A stretch of 32,000 nt of DNA from Xanthomonas campestris pv. campestris str. ATCC 33913 (GTDB lineage Bacteria > Pseudomonadota > Gammaproteobacteria > Xanthomonadales > Xanthomonadaceae): assembly GCF_000007145.1 (NCBI RefSeq), contig NC_003902.1, forward strand, positions 1,117,436 through 1,149,435, read 5' to 3'. The position numbers and the translations under genes were made by a program. Positions 26,981 to 32,000 of the stretch are shown in pieces (position 1 is the stretch's first letter; each line of letters starts with the position of its first letter). The notes beneath the pieces were generated by a model. The model was not told the origin of the DNA and ran no database searches. It saw nothing but the letters and a program-made list of their open reading frames with translations.

Positions 26981-27385
26981 ATGTCCGAGATCCTGGTGCC
27001 GGTGTCCTTTGGTGAGCTGCTCGACAAGATCGCGATTCTGCAGATCAAGTCCGAGCGCATGCAGGACGCGGCCAAGTTGGCCAACGTGCGCAATGAGCTT
27101 TCGGCGCTGGAAACCAGCTGGATGGCGCATCCGGCTGCTGGCCACGACATCGTTCGCCTACGCGCGGAGCTGAAAGCGGTCAACGAGCGGCTGTGGGTGA
27201 TCGAGGACGACATTCGCCTCAAGGAACAGGCGCAGTCCTTCGACGATGCCTTCGTGCAGCTGGCGCGCAGTGTCTATATCGAAAACGACGAGCGCGCGCG
27301 CATCAAGAAGGAGATCAACCTGGCGTTGGGGTCTTCGTACGTGGAAGAGAAGTCCTACCAGGACTACCGCGCCAGCGGCGCCTGA
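26981..27385 (+). CDS. Conserved hypothetical helical protein, 134 aa (possibly DUF6165-type; unverified)
   Basis: ORF frame 26852..27385. The ATG at 26981 is preceded by GGAGG (26970-26974), and TACAAT lies about 30 nt upstream. MSEILVPVSFGELLDKIAILQIKSERMQDAAKL... has GC3-rich codons like the core genes. The family name is from memory only. Confidence 0.7.
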   Translation: MSEILVPVSFGELLDKIAILQIKSERMQDAAKLANVRNELSALETSWMAHPAAGHDIVRLRAELKAVNERLWVIEDDIRLKEQAQSFDDAFVQLARSVYIENDERARIKKEINLALGSSYVEEKSYQDYRASGA

Positions 27386-27390
27386 TGCGG

Positions 27391-27433
27391 GCTGATCGTC
27401 GGCGCGTGTTGCAGGCGCGCCGACGCTGATCAG
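27391..27433. terminator. Long imperfect palindrome between convergent genes (hairpin without a T-tract)
   Basis: GCTGATCGTCGGCGCG (27391-27406) pairs with GCGCGCCGACGCTGATCAG (27415-27433): a 10-bp GC-rich core plus a 5-bp extension across a bulge. Confidence 0.35.
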
Positions 27434-27437
27434 TAGC

Positions 27438-28484
27438 TCAGTGGTGATCTGCGCGATAGCGCTCGAACGCGGCGATGGCATCGTCGACGCTGATCAAGGT
27501 CATCACGTCTTCGAACTCGATCTTGGTACCCCACTTGAGCTGCGCGGCCGGCTTGCCCAGGTGCTTGCGTGCGGCGTCGTCGTAGCGATCCACGCAATAG
27601 CGCACATCCGAATACGGGCCGCTGCGTCGCGGGTTGCTGGCGGCATGCAGGCCGAGCACCTTGGTGCCCATCGCGTTGGCGATATGCATCGGCCCCGAAT
27701 CCGGTGTGACCACCAGCGCGGCACGGGCGAGCAGGGCGGGCAGCTGCTTGAGCGTGTCCTTGCCGACCAGATCCAGTACCGGCGTTCTTGCCGCCGCGAT
27801 GATGGCATCGGCAGTGCTGCGCTCCAGCCCGCTACGCCCGCCGCACAGCACCACCCGCCAGCCCTGCGCGGCAGCATGGTCGGCCAGCGCAGCGTGCCGG
27901 TCCGGGTACCAGTTGCGCCGCACGTGGCTGGAACACGGCGAGATCATCAACACCGGGCGCCCATCGTCTTGCCACTGCGCCTGGGCCCACGCATGTGCGT
28001 CGGCAGGCACCGGCAGGTTCCAGCGCACCTCGGTCTGCCGAAGGCCCAGTGGCTCGGCGAAGCTGCCGATGGCGTCCAGAACATGTATGCACGGGCGGTC
28101 GGCGATGCGCTCGTTGACGAACAGGCCGTGCAGGTCCTTCGAGCGGCTGCGGTCGTAGCCGATGCGCCGGCGCGCCGGTACGAACGCCGACAGCACGTTG
28201 GCACGAAACGCGACCTGCATCTGCAGCAAGGCATCGAAGTGGCCATGCGCGGCCAGCGACTGGCGCACTGCGCGCATGCCGGCCAGCCCGCTGCGTTTGT
28301 CGTAGGCATGGAATTGCACGCCGGGCAGGCCGTCGAGCAATTTGAGCCCGGCCTTGTCGATGATCCAGTGCAACTGCGCCTGCGGAAAGCCCGCCTGCAA
28401 GGTGTGCACCAGCGGCACCACGTGGGTGACGTCGCCCAGGGCGGACAGGCGCAGCAGGCATAACGAAGCAGGCGTAGAAGCCAT
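27438..28484 (-). CDS. Glycosyltransferase family 9 protein (heptosyltransferase-like, LPS core)
   Basis: ORF 27438..28742 (-). ATG at 28484 gives MASTPASLCLLRLSALGDVTHVVPLVHTL..., the GT9 N-terminal signature (RLSALGDV), 348 aa. Divergent from kdkA. Donor-sugar specificity cannot be read from the sequence. Confidence 0.85.
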   Translation of the reverse strand: MASTPASLCLLRLSALGDVTHVVPLVHTLQAGFPQAQLHWIIDKAGLKLLDGLPGVQFHAYDKRSGLAGMRAVRQSLAAHGHFDALLQMQVAFRANVLSAFVPARRRIGYDRSRSKDLHGLFVNERIADRPCIHVLDAIGSFAEPLGLRQTEVRWNLPVPADAHAWAQAQWQDDGRPVLMISPCSSHVRRNWYPDRHAALADHAAAQGWRVVLCGGRSGLERSTADAIIAAARTPVLDLVGKDTLKQLPALLARAALVVTPDSGPMHIANAMGTKVLGLHAASNPRRSGPYSDVRYCVDRYDDAARKHLGKPAAQLKWGTKIEFEDVMTLISVDDAIAAFERYRADHH

Positions 28485-28504
28485 GGTGTTGTTAGACTCG
28501 ATGG

Positions 28505-29254
28505 ATGGTTTCTTTCGACGCCACTGAAGCGCTGACGCCGTACCGCGAAGGCCGCGGGTACGGCGCCATTCTGTTCGACCGCGAACGGCTGCGGCAAGCC
28601 GACGCCGGGCTGTTCTCGCCACAGCGCTGGGGCGACAGGGCGCGTCCGGTGGACGAGGGCGGGCGCGGTGGCGCGTGGTTCGTGGATGCCCCGTTTGGCC
28701 ACAGCGTGCTGCGCCAATACCGGCGCGGCGGCATGGCCGCACGCGTGAGTCGCGACCAATACCTCTGGAAAGGCGCCGGGCGCACGCGCAGCTTTGCCGA
28801 ATTCCGGCTGATGCGTGAGCTGCTCAAGCGCAAGCTGCCGGTGCCGCGCCCGTTGGCGGCCTGCTATCTGCGCGAAGGCCTCGGCTACCGCGCTGCGTTG
28901 TTGATGGAGCGGCTGGAGAACGTGCGGTCGCTGGCCGACCATGCACAGGTGGCTGGCCGCGGCGCGCCGTGGGAAGACACCGGGCGGCTGATCGCGCGTT
29001 TCCACCGCGCCGGCCTGGATCACGCCGATCTCAATGCGCACAACATCCTGTTCGATGCCGGCGGGCATGGCTGGCTGATCGATTTCGACCGCGGCGTGCT
29101 GCGTATTCCGGCCACTCGCTGGCGCGAGCGCAACCTGGCCCGCCTGCATCGTTCGCTGCTGAAGCTGCGCGGCAACCGCACCCGCGAAGACGTGGACAAG
29201 GACTACGAGCGCCTGCACCGCGCCTACGAGCTGGCCTGGGGCCGGGGCTACTGA
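28505..29254 (+). CDS. kdkA: 3-deoxy-D-manno-octulosonic acid (Kdo) kinase
   Basis: 249 aa. [27 protein letters not shown]..., [32 protein letters not shown] (kinase catalytic and DFD-type motifs typical of KdkA). Confidence 0.85.
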   Translation: MVSFDATEALTPYREGRGYGAILFDRERLRQADAGLFSPQRWGDRARPVDEGGRGGAWFVDAPFGHSVLRQYRRGGMAARVSRDQYLWKGAGRTRSFAEFRLMRELLKRKLPVPRPLAACYLREGLGYRAALLMERLENVRSLADHAQVAGRGAPWEDTGRLIARFHRAGLDHADLNAHNILFDAGGHGWLIDFDRGVLRIPATRWRERNLARLHRSLLKLRGNRTREDVDKDYERLHRAYELAWGRGY

Positions 29255-30006
29255 TGGAGTGGGCTTTGCGGGTGCAGGGGGTCGGCAATGCGTCGGCCGT
29301 GGCGCTGGGGTCGCCGATGGCCACGCTGGAGCGTGGCGGTGCGCCGTGGCTGACCATCGACTGCGGCAGCGAAGGGCTCACCAGCTATCAGGCCCATTAC
29401 GGCCAGATGCCACAGGCGGTCTTCATCACCCACGTGCATCTGGACCACGTCGGCGGGCTGGAGCGCTTGTTCGTGGACAGCTATTTCTCCGAACGCCGCG
29501 GTCGCACCCGCCTGTACGTGCCGGCGCCGGTGGTGCCGCTGCTGCAGCGGCGGCTGGCCGACTACCCGAACGTGCTGGCCGAGGGCGGTGCAAACTTCTG
29601 GGATGCATTTCAGCTGGTGCCGGTGGGCGAAGCCTTCTGGCACGACGGTGTGCGCCTGGAAGTGTTCCCGGTGCGCCACCACTGGCCGGAGACCGCTTAC
29701 GGGCTGCGCCTGCAGGGTGCGCTGGTCTGGACCGGCGACACCCGGCCGATCCCGGAGATGCTGGCGCGCTATGCCGATGACAGCGAGCTCATCGCGCATG
29801 ACTGCGGCGTTCACGGCAACCCGTCGCATACTGGTGTGGATGACCTGGAGCGGGAATACCCGCAGGACCTGTTGAGCCGCATGTGGCTGTATCACTACGC
29901 CAGCAACGCCGACGGCGACGTGCTGCGGGCACGCGGCCATCGCGTGGCTGTACCTGGCCAGGTGCTTGCGCTGGCAACACCCACTGCCGCCATGGCGCCG
30001 CGCTGA
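29254..30006 (+). CDS. MBL-fold metallo-hydrolase
   Basis: ORF frame 28969..30006. The ATG at 29254 overlaps the kdkA stop (TGATG). VFITHVHLDHVGG metal-binding motif. 250 aa. Confidence 0.8.
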   Translation: MEWALRVQGVGNASAVALGSPMATLERGGAPWLTIDCGSEGLTSYQAHYGQMPQAVFITHVHLDHVGGLERLFVDSYFSERRGRTRLYVPAPVVPLLQRRLADYPNVLAEGGANFWDAFQLVPVGEAFWHDGVRLEVFPVRHHWPETAYGLRLQGALVWTGDTRPIPEMLARYADDSELIAHDCGVHGNPSHTGVDDLEREYPQDLLSRMWLYHYASNADGDVLRARGHRVAVPGQVLALATPTAAMAPR

Positions 30007-31037
30007 TGGGTGCCCTGATGCTGCCGGACCTGAGCGCCGCACCGATGCAGGACCGCTACGGCCGGCCGCTGCGCGACCTGCGCTTGTCGGTGATCGAGGC
30101 CTGCAATTTTCGCTGTGGCTACTGCATGCCCGCCGACCGCGTGCCGGACGATTACGGGCTGGACGCTGACCAGCGGCTGAGCTTTGACCAGTTGGAAACC
30201 CTGGTGCGCGCCTTCGTGGCGGTAGGCGTGACCAAGCTGCGCCTGACCGGCGGCGAGCCGTTGTTGCGCAAGAACCTGCCGGTGCTGATCCAGCGCCTGG
30301 CGGCGATCGAGGGCATCGAGGACCTGGCGCTGACCACCAATGGAGCGCTGCTGGCGCGCCAGGCCGTGGCCCTGCGCCAGGCCGGGCTGCGCCGCATCAC
30401 CGTGAGCATGGATGCGCTGGAGCCTGCGCTGTTCCGCCAGATGAGTGGCGGGCGTGGGGAGATCGACCAGGTGCTGGCCGGCATTGCCGCGGCCGAGCAG
30501 GCCGGGTTCAAGCGCCTGAAGATCAATTGCGTGGTGCAGCGCGACGTCAACGAAGACCAGGTGCTGCCGTTGGTCGAGCACTTCCGTGGCACCGGGCATG
30601 TGTTGCGTTTCATCGAATTCATGGATGTGGGCAGCTGCAATGGCTGGCGGCCCGAGGCGGTGGTGACCTCCGCGCAGTTGCGCGACCGGATCCATGCGCG
30701 GTGGCCGTTGGCGCCGCTGGATGCCAACTACACCGGCGAAGTGGCGCAGCGGCACGCATTTGCCGACGGGCTGGGCGAGGTGGGCTTTGTCAGTTCGGTC
30801 AGCGTGCCGTTTTGCGGCGATTGCCAGCGCGCGCGCGTCTCTGCCGATGGGCACCTGTACACCTGCCTGTTTGCCAGCCAGGGGCATGACCTCAAGCCGG
30901 CACTGGCCGAGGGCGAGCAGGGCCTGGCCACGCATCTGCGCCAGCGCTGGAGCGTGCGTGCGGACCGCTATAGCGAAGTGCGCGCGTCCACCTCCCGGCG
31001 TCGCAAGCCGGTCGAGATGTTCCTGATCGGCGGGTGA
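30006..31037 (+). CDS. moaA: GTP 3',8-cyclase MoaA (radical SAM, molybdenum cofactor biosynthesis)
   Basis: ORF frame 29883..31037. RLSVIEACNFRCGYCMP (CxxxCxxC), C-terminal Cys cluster FCGDCQRARVSADGHLYTC. The ATG at 30006 overlaps the preceding stop (TGATG); an alternative ATG is at 30018. Confidence 0.93.
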   Translation: MGALMLPDLSAAPMQDRYGRPLRDLRLSVIEACNFRCGYCMPADRVPDDYGLDADQRLSFDQLETLVRAFVAVGVTKLRLTGGEPLLRKNLPVLIQRLAAIEGIEDLALTTNGALLARQAVALRQAGLRRITVSMDALEPALFRQMSGGRGEIDQVLAGIAAAEQAGFKRLKINCVVQRDVNEDQVLPLVEHFRGTGHVLRFIEFMDVGSCNGWRPEAVVTSAQLRDRIHARWPLAPLDANYTGEVAQRHAFADGLGEVGFVSSVSVPFCGDCQRARVSADGHLYTCLFASQGHDLKPALAEGEQGLATHLRQRWSVRADRYSEVRASTSRRRKPVEMFLIGG

Positions 31038-31061
31038 GCGCTGCTGACGCAGTTGCGCGAC

Positions 31062-31406
31062 ATGGAGCTGCGTCTGCTCGATCCACAGGTACGTGGCTCA
31101 GCGGCCGAACTGGAGACGTTGCTGGATCCCGCGTTCGTCGAGTTCGGTGCCTCGGGCCGGTGCTACACGCGCGGGGAGGTCATCGCCGCATTGACCACCA
31201 GTGCGGCGGCTGCCGATTACGTGACCGACGACTTCAGCTGCGTGCTGCTGGCCCCACAGCTGGCGCAGCTGCGCTATCGCACCCGCGTGCACGCCGACGG
31301 CGTGGTGCGGTGTGCCCTGCGCAGTTCGCTATGGCGCCTGGATGGTGCGCGCTGGCGGATGCTGTTCCATCAAGCCACCCCGTTCACCGACAATCCCGCA
31401 TCCTGA
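31062..31406 (+). CDS. NTF2-like / DUF4440-type small protein
   Basis: ORF 31053..31406 (TTG track start; first ATG at 31062). LLDPAFVEFGASGRCYTRGEVI...WRLDGARWRMLFHQATP resembles SnoaL/NTF2-like DUF4440 proteins. The family call is from memory. Confidence 0.6.
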   Translation: MELRLLDPQVRGSAAELETLLDPAFVEFGASGRCYTRGEVIAALTTSAAAADYVTDDFSCVLLAPQLAQLRYRTRVHADGVVRCALRSSLWRLDGARWRMLFHQATPFTDNPAS

Positions 31407-31430
31407 CGTTCTGTTCCCGTGTCGTTTCCC

Positions 31431-31928
31431 ATGCCAGCAAAGACCACTTCCGCACGTCTCACCCACCTGGACGACGCCGGGCTGCCCACCATGGTGGACG
31501 TCTCGGACAAGCAAGTCACCGCACGCAGTGCCACCGCGGAGAGCCGCGTGCACTTTCCAGCGGCCGTGGCAGCGCAACTGCGCGCCAACGGCTTGCGCAG
31601 CGCCAAGGGCGGCATCGTGGAGACGGCGGTGATCGCCGGCACCATGGCGGTCAAGCGCACGCACGAGCTGATTCCGTTCTGCCATCCGCTGCCCATCGAT
31701 GGCTGCCGCTTCGAGATCGATTGGGCGGGCGCGCAGGTGCTGCAGATCGTCTGCACGGTGCGCTGCGTACACCGCACGGGCGTGGAGATGGAAGCACTGA
31801 CCGGTGCCAGCGTGGCGGCGTTGACGGTCTACGACATGTGCAAGGCGCTCTCGCACACCATGCGGATCGGCCCAACCAAATTGTTGTCCAAACGCGGCGG
31901 CAAGCGCGATATCGGAGCTGCACGATGA
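31431..31928 (+). CDS. moaC: Cyclic pyranopterin monophosphate synthase MoaC
   Basis: ORF 31419..31928 (GTG track start; ATG at 31431). [23 protein letters not shown]..., [30 protein letters not shown] are conserved MoaC motifs. Confidence 0.93.
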   Translation: MPAKTTSARLTHLDDAGLPTMVDVSDKQVTARSATAESRVHFPAAVAAQLRANGLRSAKGGIVETAVIAGTMAVKRTHELIPFCHPLPIDGCRFEIDWAGAQVLQIVCTVRCVHRTGVEMEALTGASVAALTVYDMCKALSHTMRIGPTKLLSKRGGKRDIGAAR

Positions 31929-32000
31929 GCGCCACCATCACCGTGCTGTATTTCGCCAGCTTGCGCGAGGCTGCCGGCATCGCCAGCGAGCAGGTGCATT
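31925..32000 (+). CDS. moaD: Molybdopterin synthase sulfur-carrier subunit MoaD (N-terminal part; runs off window)
   Basis: The ATG at 31925 overlaps the moaC stop (ATGA). My translation [25 protein letters not shown] matches the MoaD/ThiS-type N-terminus. No stop before the window end. Confidence 0.75.
   Translation, partial: MSATITVLYFASLREAAGIASEQVH

Noticed and set aside
27947-29218. 423-aa minus-strand ORF spanning the GT9/kdkA divergent junction
   Set aside because: It is out of frame with GT9 and antisense to kdkA. It crosses the start codons of two well-supported genes.
29900-30006. Moco riboswitch expected upstream of moaA
   Set aside because: The moaA start codon overlaps the stop codon of the upstream MBL-hydrolase gene, so there is no untranslated leader in which a riboswitch could sit.
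29895-30935. 346-aa minus-strand ORF
   Set aside because: Antisense to moaA (radical SAM motifs are on the plus strand).

Overview
High-GC (~65%) gammaproteobacterial chromosome segment. Gene content, gene order and protein sequences look like Xanthomonas/Xanthomonadaceae core genome; this is inferred from recognisable proteins, since no database search was possible.

Left to right:
- A minus-strand phosphate block phoB-phoR-ppk-ppx, with ppx running off the left edge and a Pho-box-like site upstream of phoB.
- An M48/TPR BepA-like protease.
- grxC plus an overlapping AhpD-like CxxC gene.
- A 335-aa isocitrate/isopropylmalate-dehydrogenase-family gene.
- A BI-1/YccA membrane protein.
- A tRNA cluster (Pro-Arg-His-Lys-Leu).
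- The conserved tig-clpP-clpX-lon-hupB block, followed by tRNA-Val and two identical tRNA-Asp.
- ppiD.
- mltD-like and gloB (minus strand), diverging from a YafS-like methyltransferase-rnhA-dnaQ.
- A lone PP2C phosphatase.
- tRNA-Ser(CGA).
- A small conserved hypothetical gene.
- A GT9 LPS-core transferase diverging from kdkA-MBL hydrolase-moaA-NTF2-like-moaC-moaD, with moaD running off the right edge.

Almost everything is ordinary housekeeping. Two places look accessory:
1. A 1.47-kb gene-less gap between the convergent ppiD and mltD-like genes (20354-21825). It holds an SD-led Cys-rich 42-codon ORF, a lower-GC patch with head-to-head overlapping small ORFs, a (CACCG)4 microsatellite, and a degenerate ~266-bp tandem repeat with conserved hairpins.
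2. A duplicated tRNA-Ser 3' end, which looks like an att-type scar.

I recognised no CRISPR, IS element, integrase, defence or secretion genes. I cannot claim a new system, only candidates that need transcriptome and comparative checks.
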